Below, one piece after another: positions 22,270 through 35,799 of a DNA stretch of 64,000 nt; within the stretch, counting starts at the first letter, position 1, and the number at the start of each line of letters is the position of its first letter. Position numbers and translations under genes: made by a program. Source of the stretch: Bispira polyomma. Its lineage: Eukaryota. The stretch is taken from the NCBI GenBank assembly GCA_965649765.1, contig OZ287748.1, positions 45,260,001 through 45,324,000 on the forward strand. The letters are read 5' to 3'. The notes below the pieces were generated by a model, which saw nothing but the letters and a program-made list of their open reading frames with translations, was not told where the DNA came from and did no database searches.

Positions 22270-23870
22270 TCTTTAAATTGACCACCAGCATCACCCTGCA
22301 GAAGAAACATGTCATTATAAAGGGTGATCTAAATATCACATCGTTGGACACTTCCATCAAACAACATATACTAGTGCTTTTGTTTGTTGGATTTAATAAA
22401 ATGATAGCTTGTAACTTGGCGGAGAGTTCAAAGCCCCTGGGAGATGGAACTCTACCGTTTATCATAACAGGACGATACTAATAATCTTCAGAAACCCCCA
22501 GTCAGAATCCCCTGCTGTATATTGTCAAAGGCTCTTTAGAAGTCCACAAAGACACAGTGGGGTCAGCTGTTGGTAGCATGGCTAAGAATGGGATGAACTT
22601 TACTTCAATATTATTAAAACCCCTAAAGAGACATTTACACATAATAAGCACTGAATCTATCCCTGGTCAGATATTCAAGTGATTTTCAAAGAAGGAAAAC
22701 GTTTGCTATAATGCTTTTTAAATAAAAGTGATGTGAGTAAATACATCACCTTGGCACATAGTCATTTTATAGTTTCTGAGTTATGACTTACATTTTGCAT
22801 AAAACACATAGTGTGTCAATGAAGCATATACTCGTATTTTTGTTGTGGTTTAAATCTAAGTCTCATCTAAAACTGACTTCAGCCATGAACATTATGTGAT
22901 GTACATGGCAAATCACCGATAAATCCCCAATGGCCCACATAGGAGGTGGGCATTATGTCGTCCACAAATGGACACAACTGGGTGGGAGGGTTAGGAACAA
23001 GTGACATTCACATTTCAACATGACTGGCTCGTGTGGTGCTTGTGGCTCCTTTCACCAAATATTCTCCTCCCCAATCTGTGTACCATCCAAAATTTAAGAT
23101 TACCAAATTTTTTTTTTCTGATACACAAAGTGGAAAAAAAAACTGTTGCAAAAACGACTCAGTTAAAATTGTAAAACAAAAAAGTGAAAAAAAAAATGTG
23201 AAGGTGGCCTTTGCCTCTATGGATTCCTTTTGAGCTTTTAAAATTGTCAATAAAATAATTGCTCTGCCCCCAAAAATGGTGTCTAGCCAACTTGGCCACC
23301 TTTAAAAGGATGCAAGGTGTGATAAAATAAATGCTTATTGGGAAGAGTTCAATCAGTGCCTTTGATCGTAACCCCATATCTGCAGTACACTTCATCACCA
23401 GAAATAGGGCTGGCTTAATTGGTGAAATTACACCATGGTGGAATGTCCAAAATGAGCTTGATGACCATTCAGATACTGTTTGAAGATGAATATTTGGACC
23501 ATTGTCCCAGAAGAGGTAATGAGTTGTACAGTCGGCTGACCTTTCATTTTGACCAGAAATAGTCTACCTGGAGTGAGTTGTCAAGACTTGGGTCTGTGAA
23601 CACTAATAGGTTATAATTGGGGCTTCTTGTTTATTGCTGTGTTTGAAGATCTCCATCAGTATGTTCATAGACTTCTTCTTTTCATAATGTGTGTGTAAGA
23701 ACTGCTGTCATTAGATTTACCTTTTAACCATCCAAACCATCCACACCTGTGTGTGTGTCTTGTCATGTATTATTATGGCCCATATCAAATGGTGTTAGTG
23801 AGTACAACACCTGGCATACAACATCTGAGGTATAAAAAGCCATGACTATGGAATTTGACTAACTTGGTCC
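22270..23870 (+). mobile_element. Decayed, internally deleted L2/CR1-group LINE
   Basis: APE-endonuclease motif KHVIIKGDLNI (IIxGDxN) near 22305-22340. Later K*MLIG, QKR, ELSRLG...LGLLVYCC fragments in L2 C-terminal order. RT core not seen. Confidence 0.55.
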
Positions 23871-24001
23871 CTTTTCTTTATTGTACTCTGTCAGAATTTT
23901 GATAACGTCAAATGCAGAAATTTAGTTGTTTTAGCAAAAGTATGACCATATATTGAGTGTACATAGGAGTACCTGGTATATATCTGAGTTCATTTGAGCT
24001 A

Positions 24002-24350
24002 ATTAGGCTTTTTAATTTCTGTAATTTAAGCAACTGTTCTTTGTTGACAGCTGGCCTTTTTGCAAAGGTGGTCTGTCACGCAAAAAACAACTTGTGGTAA
24101 AAGAAATAGTAGCAATTGAAGTTGAGATACATTTTAGGTTCTTCCAAAGATTGACTTGTGTCCATACACATGGGCCAAAGGTCACATTTCACACAGTAAA
24201 GAAAATTCATTTGTGATCATTAGGCTTTCAGTTTCTGTAATTTAAATAACTGTCCTTTGTTGGCAGGTGGCCTTTATGGTCTATCATGCATAAACCCACC
24301 TGTGATACATGAAAGCACATTGCAGTTGAGATATATATGTTGGGTTATTT
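24002..24350. repeat. Diverged direct repeat of about 130 bp at about 216-bp spacing
   Basis: ATTAGGCTTT...TTTCTGTAATTTAA..AACTGT.CTTTGTTG.CAG.TGGCCTTT...GTTGAGATA at 24002 and 24218. Confidence 0.7.
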
Positions 24351-26739
24351 TATTAATTAACTTTAAAATGTCTACACACTTGGGGTATACATGTATAGGT
24401 GACAATTCACAGGAGAAAGACAACAAACATTTGCTGGTTAACTCATGAAAGGTATGAACTTCAAAACACTTGATTTACTTAATGGTGCACCCTAATTTTT
24501 GCAAATCTGTTATAACACAAGGTTGTCAGAGCATTGCTAATTTTATATCATTAGAATAAAAACAACTGCAAAGTTACTCTTGGAATACACTCTATTTATG
24601 CTACATAATTTCGTGAAAAGATAATCTTAAAAGTCAAACTTATACAATAAATATGCAAAGCTTAATATTCATATATATATACAGACAAGATGTAAAACAT
24701 ATAAAATTTATAAACTATAAACATCATTTATCAGGGGTCATCCATATATATAGAATATTATTATAATTGGACATAAATATGAAAAAATATGAATAGTTGT
24801 CCTCCAGGGAACCTCAGATGTTGCCATTCAAACTTTGCCAGGCTTATAGCCAAAGTAAATATCCGTGCATACAAAATTGATATAAATATATTTCTCCAAT
24901 AATTTCATTCTGTCATGGATTTTTTTTTGTGAAAACCATGAACAATTCATAAATATGACATCTGAATACAATAAAGCCATAAATTATGATCACCATTATG
25001 TGTATCTGCATTTTCTACATGTCAGTTCTCTCTCTCTACACACACAAACAGGAACATAGGGGACACAAGTAGTCTCTCTTTGCAATCCAAACAAGTGTAA
25101 TTATGAAATTGTGACAGGATAATGATACGGTGGCTAGTGTGGTCACAGGCCGGTAGTTTTTTAAAACCTGCTTTAGAAAAGAAATGGTTTTTCCCCGAGG
25201 GCAATTTAATTTACGGCTTGAACTTATATACATAAGAATAAGTATATTATCTTCAAAAATGTATTCTATTCGTATAAAACTAAATAATACATTGTATTCT
25301 TGTTAGTTGCTCTTTTACTACAGTAGTCATGCTTTAAGTAATTATTAATATAGACCAGATGTTTTATCAGGCTAAAACAGGTTTTTTTTGCTAGATTAAG
25401 GTGAGGCCTTTGACAGCATAGAGTCTTTTGGTATTATGTGTGTCTATGTATGTATAATGTGCACGGTTGTGGAGGCTAATAAGCCACTAGAGTAGATCAT
25501 TTAACTAAGATTCACACCGCCTGAATAGCCATGCGACTATAATTATCTGGGTAGAGTTTCGCCCGTGGGAAAAAATTAATAAATTTGAAATGTTATACTC
25601 CCCCACTGGACCCCTGTCACAGGTTCTGTTTTGTGTACACACTTGGCTGTCTCTGCAAAAACTTAGAGAAAACTGTTTTAAAACTTAGTCTTATCTTTAA
25701 AACTTTAACTATTATTTTGCAAAATCTCCAGGCCATTCTGATCAACAATTTTTTATTGTGATTCAGTTCTGAAGAGGCAGATTTAGAATTTCTTGAAATG
25801 TTTTTTTATGAGATGTCACTCCTTTGTGGTTTAAGAACAAACCCTCTAGGTTAAATTGTAGATGCTAAGTAAAATGTCTTGAAAAGCCTTAATATGTTTT
25901 TTCTGAAGTTTGAAAGATCCATGTCACAGGTGGTTATGTGTGTGTTTATGCTTGGACTATTCACTTTATTTAACTTATCTTGATGCTTTATAAATACATG
26001 TATATATTTTACACACGTTACAAGTACAAATTTAATTTTCAGAGATTTTTTTAGCATATATGCTAGTTCCCCTTACTAGTTAATCCATAGTTTTGAAACC
26101 TGGAAATGTTTTGTTAATTAATTAAATTTTAACCTTTTCATTTCTCTGTTGAGGAACAATATGTATTGTATATTTTGGCGTTCACATGCTTGTGTTGTCA
26201 TTTTTCTCAATAACACTCTAACACCTAAACTAACAGTTTAGTCTGTACCTTCAACACATTGTTTAAGTCATTTGCTTTTGAGAATATCTTCCACTTTCAA
26301 CTTTGTGGCCTTATCCACAAAAAAAAACAAAAATCCTGTTTTCAAAGATTCGTTTTAAATGTCTTGTGGTCAAACAGATGGGAACTGGATTCATGGTCAA
26401 ATTGTCAAAGCTAGTTATTTGTTTACTGCAGCATTGTAAAGTTTGAGATCTCTAGGCCTGCGGTTAAGTTTGAATTGACTACTTAGAGTGTTAAATACTA
26501 AATGTGTTTTCAGAAACTATTAGAAATGAGATATTTGTGGTGATAATACAGGTCTAGTATTTTATATTTTTTTGCCAAATTACTCAAGTTTCAATTACTT
26601 TGAATATCACTTTACATTGTGAGTTTCAAGTTGCAGTTGAGTAGTTTTCTTGCTGTTGTTTGCATAACTAACTTTCTGTAATGAAAACTATTGTATTATG
26701 AATTTGAATGTGCATTATGGATGCTAGGTATATTCTAAC

Positions 26740-26959
26740 CAAATAAGCCCAGGCATATTCCACAAAGCATTTTGTGTCGTATCACGACGGGCAGTTCACT
26801 GGTAGAGGAAATCAGAGCAATGTATTGGTCATTTTTTGCTTTTTGTTCTGCAAACCACTAATCGTCAAGTCTCCTGCCAATTTGTCTCACATACATACAT
26901 GCCAGGGCTGAGATTCGAAACCAAGACTGCAGAGGTGGGCACTACACCACCGAGGCCCC
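26740..26959 (-). mobile_element. Degenerate Meta-like SINE (family D)
   Basis: Reverse complement begins GGGGCCTCGGTGGTGTAGTG, with B-box GGTTTCGAATC. Core and tail match 30727-30958. Confidence 0.65.
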
Positions 26960-27799
26960 AACTTATTAAGAATAGCAGACAGAATCTGGCTTGGTTATGT
27001 TTGAATTTCTAAAGTGATAAAGCAAAACTTCTTATTACTTATTAATTTATAAACTAACACTATGTAGTTAAGTATTTATTGGTAGGGTCATTAAAACACT
27101 TTATAGAAGAACTATAAAACTATAGTGGTAATCTTGTCTATACCAAGTCTATATAGATAGATAGAATGAGATATACCATAGACAAAAAGGTGAAGTAAAA
27201 GATAGCATTCAAGTGGTATATATCTTCATGGACAATATATATATAAAGATATCTTGTTTGTGGAATGTGTTGATACCATTATAAGCCATCACCTCATAAA
27301 TCTCATCTATTGGCATAGTGACTCGGAAATAAATGCTGTATTTTTGTGTGGACTCTTCTCTCACATAGCTGGGGAATCATTGGCTGTTGTCTCCATAAAA
27401 ACTCAAGATTTACTTGACAAAATAAAAGGTGACCGTATATTTAAATTCAGTGTTTAAAAGCTCTAGTAAAATTAATGGTCACATCTATTTGTATCAATTT
27501 TTAACCAAATGTGAATGATATGAGCAATTCCATTTCAGAAGTCATTTTCAGGTATGAATAGTTTGTTTTAAAGACTAATTGTAACATTATTATTGGTATA
27601 ATAAATTGGATGGTATGTATAACATAGGATAGACAACATTGTATATCTGTATATGTAATATGCTTACATAAAGTAACCTAAATAATGATGGACTCATTAA
27701 TAACTTGTAAAATCACCACCACCCTATGGATATATACAGCCATATGGATGAAATATAGTGAATGTGACTAGATAATCATAACTTGAAAAAGAATGAGAC

Positions 27800-27940
27800 A
27801 AATTCAGTAAATACATGAACTTACTAGACCTAAAAACCAGTAAATACGCGTATTTATTGGTTTTAGTCCATAAAATATTCCATCTATTAACTCAAATTTT
27901 TAGTAGATACGCATATTTACTGATATCGCATATTTACGGT
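27800..27940. repeat. Palindrome-rich MITE-like remnant (TACCGTA-type end)
   Basis: Hairpin CTAAAAACCAGTAAATACGCGTATTTATTGGTTTTAG (about 27830-27866). Repeated CGCATATTTAC units ending ...TTTACGGTA. Confidence 0.5.
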
Positions 27941-28021
27941 AACATATATACAAGGGTTACATATAATTCTATATAACCTGGAGTTTAGTCTGATTTTGAG
28001 CTTGAGTTGAGAATAAGGGAG

Positions 28022-28280
28022 CCAGGGCCAGCCAGTTTTCTTCAAAGTAAACTCAAGCTCAGACTCAGACTTAACTCACAGAAAAGCTATGTCATAATGT
28101 GTGAAAGTCCAGTCCAGTAATCAATACTTGTGACCATTCATTTTAATAGAGCTTTCAGCACTGAATTCAATCATGCAGTCAAAGGTTACCAAATATTACT
28201 CTAACTACAAGAGATATGAGCACTTCAGAGCATGAATCTGATTTGAGATTAAGTGTCTTTAGAGAATAAAAGGGAACCTG
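28022..28280. mobile_element. Degenerate Harbinger-type MITE, family H3
   Basis: Internal ATACTTGTGACCATTCATTTTAATAGAGCTTTCAGCACTGAATTCAA shared with 47716 and 48028. Inverted CTCAAGCTCAGACTC / GAATCTGATTTGAG subterminal blocks. CCAG...CTGG ends. Confidence 0.55.
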
Positions 28281-28629
28281 GTCTCCCCTCCCAAAAGATC
28301 GAATTAAAACTGACCTTATGAAAAGGTATATTTCACTGCAGTGCTTCCTTTCAACAGACAAATATAATACACAAAGATGGATATTTACTTATATAATATA
28401 AAAGCAGACTTACAACAGTGGTTTCTCCTTGGGATGTCCTTAGACCTTTTACAGTGAGGGGAGGGACAAGGTCGCTAGCCTTGACTAAGGCTCATAGTGT
28501 CTCATAAATAGTTCTTTTTCACCGTAAGATTCTCGGTTTGGTTAGACTGCCAGAAATGTAGATTGGTTTTTCACTATATTGCCAAACTGTGCAACACATT
28601 CTATGCCAGGTCTAAATTTAAACCCACAA

Positions 28630-28793
28630 AAATCCTGTTTATGCCTTCATGTAGGAAAGTTAACCAGGTACTTGTTGTAGGTCAATGGGTTTACACAATG
28701 CTTCAGCACTGGTTTCTTGCACCATTAAATCTGGCCGCTATGATATGACCTAAGCTGTTGTAAGTGACGTAAATCTCAACTTAATTGAAATTC
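28630..28793 (+). mobile_element. Meta-like SINE family B, 5'-truncated
   Basis: ATGTAGGAAAGTT..CCAGGTACTTG..GTAGGTCA...GCTTCAGCACTGGTTTCTT.CACCATTAAATCTG...GACCTAAGCTGTTG. Matches the 37470 and 46098 copies. Confidence 0.75.
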
Positions 28794-29439
28794 ATTGTTT
28801 TTACCGCCTCAACATATAGAGTTGTTGACTACAGAATTCTATTTAAGCCTAAGGTAAGGCTACTAGCTTTCAGAAGTTGTAAAAATGTGTGAAAATCTTT
28901 GAACGATGCCAAGAATGTGAATGGAGAGGTGCTTAATTCTGATTTTGGCATTAAATGATCTGCCAAATCTAGGATTTATCTCTACACAAAATAGCAGATA
29001 TTAATTGCAGGATAAATTTGTTCAATTAATATGCCACAAGAGGAAACCTAAATCATTCCATTAGATTTAACTTCATTTGATTTATATGAATAAATTATAT
29101 ATATCAGCCTACAGTATGAGTGTCTATCAAACTCTCCTTTACCTTACTAAGATAATGTGATTGTAACCCAAACCTGGGGACATTTCCATAAATAAAAGCT
29201 CATCAGAAGGAGGAGGACACAAATGTTACAAAGAGATGGAGAATTTATCTTATATTTGGTCATTTATTTTACACACAGAATCTGTCCATATATAAGAGAG
29301 AAGTACTTGACCGCTGGGTGAGACTTTACATGGCACAAGATGAACTCCAAGAGAAAGTCATTCCAAAGAAAACCCATCTATTTGACTCAGTATCAGGTAA
29401 AGCCTGGCCATAAGGCTCAAGTTGGAAAGTAAAGACCAA

Positions 29440-29680
29440 TATATATAATCATAATCACAATTTTATAGCGCTTAATCTCTGAAAGTAAACATATTCTGAA
29501 GCTCATAAAATTTAGACGATGATCATGGCTCATTTATCTACTTGCCAGGCAAAGGTCCATACCATGGGGATGCTGAACTAACTAAGGTGGAAAAAAGCCT
29601 TTTTGAACGGACAGGTTTTGAACTTTTGTCTAAAAACAGACCAGAGAGGTGGCAGAGATAGAGGGTTTTCGTGAGGCATA
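29440..29680 (-). mobile_element. Short 3' terminus of an L2-like LINE
   Basis: Minus strand SVFRQKFKTCPFKKAF (FKxxLKTxLFxxAF-like), then a UTR ending AAGCGCTATAAAA and a (TTATGA)-type tail. Confidence 0.5.
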
Positions 29681-29767
29681 ATCAAAATTATGATTGAAAT
29701 GGGTGATAGGTTTATATCTTGATTAAATAGTTTGTTCACAAAAGCTTGCTGAGTACTAGCAAGTCGT

Positions 29768-30349
29768 TTATTACGGGAATAAAAAATACAAACGAGTGTT
29801 TTATACAGATTTTAAACGATCGATGGGGTGGGTATAATGCACAGAGCCAGAAGGGCTGAGTGCATTAATTTAGCCCCAAAGATGTTTTAAAATGTGCATA
29901 AAACACAAGTTTATGTATTTTATTCCTATTCTAAAATAATAAACCCTTAATTTATATTAAAATGACACCATGATTACATCAAAAGTGTGACTACTACGTA
30001 GACAGTTCCTTTTTATGGTTTTTCCATCATACAAACATATGAAAACTGAGTTGGCAAAACAAAAGCCATTTAAAAATACCCAAACACAAATGTCGATTAT
30101 TTACTGAAAGTAAAAATTTCATAAATATATGGTGCGACAGCTTATTTTATTACGAGGACTGCTTTTTGTTGTAATAAAATCTGTTGAGAAATAGCTGAGA
30201 TATTTAAGTTGCTAGTTTTAAGGGAGCTTTTCGGAACAGAGTAAAACAACATACATGATCTGGGGTGTTTTATACAGAATTTATACATCGCGCAAAATAC
30301 ATGATCACAGGCGTTGCGCAGCCTACCATTTTAGAATAGCGAGTAATAA
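29768..30349. mobile_element. Crypton-like non-autonomous element with a terminal hairpin of about 150 bp
   Basis: Hairpin 29776-29926 centred on GAGCC-AGAAG-GGCTG. 12-bp IR CTATTCTAAAAT (29926-29937) / ATTTTAGAATAG (30328-30339). Terminal TTATTAC / GTAATAA. No TSD. The family label is recalled from known architecture. Confidence 0.55.
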
Positions 30350-30726
30350 CTCTTAACATTTGAATAACTATTAACATTTACATTATATCTTTGTATATGA
30401 TGGATGCCGTTTACCCGTGGTACTGTATTTACGACAGGCAATTAAAAAATGTCCTACTTGACTCACTTTGCTTCACAAGTACTCGCTTCATAGAATCTAG
30501 AAGACTATACATTGATATTGGTTTCTAAAATATTTGCTTACCTGGCTGATATTTGCCTCGCTATAGTGTGAAAAGGCCTTAAATCCCATAGAATCTGTCA
30601 TAAGAAAGTCCAAAATATACACATTAAATAAAGTACTATTATGAGTGAGAGCTCAGTTCATCACCACTAACAACAATCTTGTGGTACGACCTTCTGTATA
30701 CTCACTACAGAGAATGATGAAGATTG

Positions 30727-30958
30727 GATTTAGTTTTAGTATGGGTTAAAACAACTCTGCCAACCCATTTGGTGTCATATGACAACAGACAGTTCACTGC
30801 TGGAGAAAAATTCAGAGCATGGTAGTTGGTTAAGGTTTTCTTTTCGGCAAACCACCGGCTTTAAGCAAGTCTTATGCCATTTTTAAACATCCACGACAAA
30901 GTCGACATTTGAATCCATGACTGCAGGGGTGGTAAGCAAAGTGTTTTACCATTACCAG
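30727..30958 (-). mobile_element. Degenerate Meta-like SINE (family D)
   Basis: CAGTTCACTG..GGAGAAA..CAGAGCA...GCAAACCACCGGCTTTAAGCAAGTC...GACTGCAGGGGTGG shared with the 26740 copy. Confidence 0.6.
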
Positions 30959-31020
30959 ACTTGAAGGGTAAACATGGAAGGACTGCAAGATGACTACTAC
31001 TTGGATGGATGCTAAGAATA

Positions 31021-31166
31021 GGGCTGATATTCACAAAGATTGTTAGTCTGACAGTTTTGTCTCTGGCAATTTCCTTGGCTGAGAAGACATTTTAAAAAGA
31101 ATCTGATTGTTTAGGACTTAAAAATTCTACAAATTGCAATCTAAGAATGTTCGTGAATAGAGGCCC
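31021..31166. mobile_element. Degenerate Harbinger-type MITE related to 6815-6921
   Basis: GGGCTGATATTCACAAAGATT ... AATGTTCGTGAATAGAGGCCC imperfect TIRs. Confidence 0.55.
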
Positions 31167-31567
31167 TGCTATTTCGTGGAAACAAAAGCATTATCAGAGA
31201 AGATTATATTATTCAGCTGCGCATTTAAATCAATAGAAAGTGTCCAGATTTCATAATTTTAAATTGTGTATCGGAAATTAGAGTCTTATGCAAGGCTATG
31301 GGTCGAGTTTCTTTTAAAAAAGGTAAAATTTGGGACAGAGTTATGAACTGATTCAGCTTGTGAAAGGAAGTGCATATTTTTGAAGATTTTTACACAAAAG
31401 AGAATATAAATACTCTATATCTTTACCGTTATGAAAGAATGTTAAGCTGAAAAATATCTAGTATATGTAGTTGAAATGCTGCCCAACTCAGGATTTGTCC
31501 AACTCTTGGAATGTAAGATAATCATTAATATATGTTATGTAAAGTAGTTTATCCTTCATTCACTGTA

Positions 31568-31826
31568 GGGGGCCGCGGTGGCCAGTGGTTAGCAAGCAGT
31601 GCACTTCACAATCACTGGTCTCTCACCTCTGGGATTGGCTGGCGTGGGTTCGACTCTCGTTGATGCCTATGTGGGAGAAGTGGTAGTTCCTTACTGTGGG
31701 CCGCCGGTTTCAGTGTAGAACCTTGATCAACTGTGTACAGTGTTTCATCCAGCGTTCCAACTACCCATCCCAATATAACCTACTAAAAGGTACTAGAGTG
31801 GACGTTAAATATCCAAATTCAAATTC
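31568..31826 (+). mobile_element. Young tRNA-derived SINE, family A, copy 2
   Basis: GGGGGCCGCGGTGGCCAGTGGTTAG head, GGTTCGACTC B-box, ends GGACGTTAAATATCCAAATTCAAATTC. Confidence 0.92.
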
Positions 31827-33819
31827 ATAATTTTGTAAGTAAATTTGTAAGAACTATATCCTGAATGCCTTGTCAGTCAAAACTGACCACCTGGTTTAAT
31901 GTACGCCACTTTGTTGGCAGTCTTATTGTATAAATATTGTATACCTGTTATAACTAGGTGACAATAAATGAACTTATAAAAAAAAAGCTTATGATTGGCT
32001 GTGAAGCTAATATTTAGGTCCTCAAGTGGGGCTGGTGCTAATCCTAAGATTGGCCAGATCTCTGAATTTGGGCTGCAACAAAGTAATCCAAAATCTGGGC
32101 CATGCTTTTCAATGATCTGTTAAAAGATACAAATCAAACTTTGCATGACAAGGAACAATAAATACGATATGTGTATTACTTTTCAATGGTAAATCTATTG
32201 TGGGCAACGAAGTAATATGTCATGGACGTTAAAACGTCTTTATCAAAGTAAAATTGGGGAGCTGTCATTAAAAATCTCAGATGGGACCTTGGAGAAAGTA
32301 ATTTAACTTGTTTCGTGGCAAGACTTTTGGCCCTTTCTTTTAAGCTGTCCTCGCACAAATAGATGAGTCTCAGACACAGAAAATATTTCCTTGAATATCG
32401 TGTGAAAGTGAAATTTTAGAGCTCGTAAGGAGAGTACTGTAATGGCTACAATTTGTAATAAATGCTTCTTTATAAAATAATTGTAGTTTTGGAGTTAATT
32501 TCTCAGTCATATAGGAAAAATATACAATAAATGAATACTAGTATATGATAATTGTTAATCCTATAAGTCTTAGATCTTTGTAATATATGCAGGTACAATG
32601 GATATAATGTGTAGGGGGGTAAATATGCACACTTTACTGTATTGGTAACATTAGACTAAATGCAACCCTGGGTATGCACAAGACTGTGAAGAATTATGAA
32701 ATTTAGTCAGCATAATTATAGCTATTATGGCATTCTTCTTGTTCATATGTATACAATAACGAAAAAACCTGGAATAAACGTGGCTTGTCTGTGAAGGTTC
32801 ATATGAAATATCAAGGCTCCTTTGTTAACTGATTTATATATTATACAGTTTATAACCCCCCCCCCCCCCCCCCATTCTTCATTAAAAAAACAAATTTGGC
32901 TGTAGTAGTGTGTGTATGATATCATCACATATCCACTTGTCAGAAATATATATATTTACTGGCTTTATTCAAATCATTAGACTTGACGAGGCTCCGTTTT
33001 TAATATATTGCGGTTATAGAAAATTAAAAGAATATAAAGATTAATTTATATTTTGTTATTTTACTTTGAAGTATTTCTATAGGCACAAATCACTGAATCC
33101 ATTCTCTATTCTCCTACGCCATATCATTGGTCATTATGATATTGCAGTGTATTCAGATTGAAGTTCCAACAAACAACTAGCATCATCTAACTCCCATTCC
33201 CCTAACTGAAGAGAGAGGCTTGGGGATGACCATTTATCAATGTCTCATTAAGGTTCTTTCTGCTGCCACTGGAAATAGGATCTAATGACAGAGGGTTGTC
33301 ATTTTAAGTGTTCATCAAAGCCATTATGTATCTACCCGTACCTGTTCACCCTAGACTAAGATCACACCCATGTCCTATGTCTACCGAAGCCCGTGTGTTA
33401 GCCGCCAGGCTACGGTCACATATCCACATACTCTTACAACATAGCATTTGTCATCAGCAGGTGTCAATGACATGTTTACATCTTACTCAAGAATGTTAAC
33501 CCCAGCAAATCATTAGGCACTACAAGTAGTCAAAGTGGGGGTCTTATGATCATAAGACAAACTCCCTAACCACAAATATGTATTGGTATTTACAAAATAT
33601 AACACATATATTGAAACTTTTTACTTTGTTTTGTTTTGGTATCCTTCCTTTCCACATCAAACTCAAAACCCATATGTTTTAAAAGGGCTCATTCCCCATT
33701 GTAGTTTTTATGGTTCCAAAACTAGGACCCAAACTATGATCCCTGATGAACCATTTCCTTCCTATGTGCTCTCCTGTGTGGCATAGTAGTTCCTGAATTT
33801 ATCTTTACATCAGATTGTT

Positions 33820-34032
33820 CGACCAGTTTGTCTCTTAGTCAGCGAGTTGATCTGGTAATCAAAAGGACCCCGGTTTTCCTCCTGGTAACACCACTATGGT
33901 CGTTGGGCGATAACCTCCTTGGACAAGATGTAAATATTCCATTCCCTACTGATGACCAGTATGTATACGAATGCTGTCACTTGGAATATGACTCGCATCG
34001 ATAAGATGCATTCAAAACCACAATACAATAAA
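33820..34032 (+). mobile_element. Degenerate CORE-like SINE
   Basis: GGGCGATAACCTCCTTGGACAAGATGTAAA resembles GTGCGATAACATCCATGCACAAGATGTGAA in the 43440 element. tRNA-like head decayed. A-rich end. Confidence 0.45.
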
Positions 34033-34974
34033 TTACTTTTTGATAACTTGTCTTGATAATTTGTTGTTTTTTGCACATTAGAAGCGGCTAGTATGGTTAT
34101 TAAACGTGCATAAATTATTGTTAGATTAGATAAATAATACAACATAAGCCTTTGCAAGACTGCCATAATTAGTTTGTACTGAGATCTTCAGATCTAGGTT
34201 CCAGTTCTAACCCTGATCTACTAACCCTCATTTCCGTTCTATAAACTTGTCTATTCAGATTCAAATGATGTGGCTTTGCTCTAAACCACAAACCAGTGGG
34301 TTTTGCTTATTAACTATGCCTGTCTAGCCATGAAAAATGACTGTGTATATGTGCATGTCCTCCACCAGTGTATGTTTTGGGTTATAAGCTTGTGTCAAAT
34401 TGGGGACAACTTAGACAGGGTATTGGCATGAATCCCATGACATATACACTAATACTTTACAATGGTCAAACTCACTAATCAAATTTTTGGCAGAATTTTG
34501 GTAACAATTCAAATTGCACTGTATATATATATATATTACAGCTACTGTTGTATATTGCAATATGATTCTACACTTTTCTGGAACATAAAGATCAAGTGTA
34601 ACAGGAGACAAATGCATTAAAAAAATAGTATCGCATGTTTTGGCATATACCGTTATTTGTTTATCTCAATTTGGCTTTTTGTAAAATATTTAGATTCACT
34701 AGTATGATTAAATGTGTATTAAAGCTGTGTATTAACATTTCTGGCATTTATAATAACCATGTCAAATGCTTTATATTAATTGTTTTAATTAAATTTTACG
34801 TAAATTTGTTATGTTTTGTGACACTTTAATTGGATTTATTTTTATTCTATCACCTGAAAACCTGCTTAAAAGTGTAAACTTGAACATACAGAATTAGTTG
34901 TGACAGCTTAGCTCATACGATCCTTTAGGGGGAAGTGCTGAGACTTAGAACCATATATATTGATAATCATATAT

Positions 34975-35540
34975 GGGCCCCACTTTGGTGATTTTAAATT
35001 GAGATCTCAGTACGATGCTGAAGTGATGCAGGTCGCAGGTGATGGCCCCGTGATAAAGTTTGGAAGTAATTGAAAATGCTTTGATCATGTCCAGGAACTG
35101 TTCGTTACCCCCTATTGCACCCCCTTTTTGCAAGACGAGGCAAACTGAACAATAGGTCGCTAACAGCAGGGAAAATCATGTCAGAATAGCTAGGGTCAAG
35201 TTGATCACGCATTGCCATAGCAAGGATCGCACAGTAGTTGAGCAAAGATCACCCCCTTGTTGTGTCGGCTGTTGGTATGGTCTAATTAGACTCCCCATTG
35301 TTTCTATAAAAAATGTGATACATTTCAGACACGACCACTGATGATCACATATTATAACAATAGTAAAAACAAAGCACTTATCGCACAAACAACAGCTTGT
35401 AGTCACATTGAGAATGCAAATTGCATTCAGGGCGATCGCTACAGTCGCTCCTAAATCAAGTACGACCAGTGTACAACCAGTGCTAATTGTTGGCAAAGTG
35501 TACTTTACATTGCTTAGATCGCCCCACAGCCGCTAGCCAT
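34975..35540. mobile_element. Probable decayed non-autonomous DNA transposon (Harbinger-like, CpG-rich low-complexity interior)
   Basis: Abrupt CpG enrichment with recurring GGTCGC/CGACCA/GATCGC motifs. Ends not resolved. Confidence 0.35.
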
Positions 35541-35799
35541 GGTCGTGAAAGTCCAACAAGGCCTTTTTAACAACACACTGCCGATGACCGACAGGAGTTT
35601 GTATTATCTCTATGTATATGATTTGATGACTGATTTTGTTGACCCTAGCTGATTTGCTACATAAGCCAATAGAATTGGCTGGCATCGGATATCAGCCATC
35701 GGTATTGTATACATGGAACCACTTTTTATATGAAAATAAAGAAATTGATAGAATCTACATCAGCATCAGATGTTGGACATCAACAGCCTGCTAGACAAA

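Noticed and set aside
6385-24350. Shared spacing of about 216 bp in two direct-repeat pairs (6385/6601 and 24002/24218)
   Set aside because: The two pairs have no sequence similarity to each other. Treated as coincidence.
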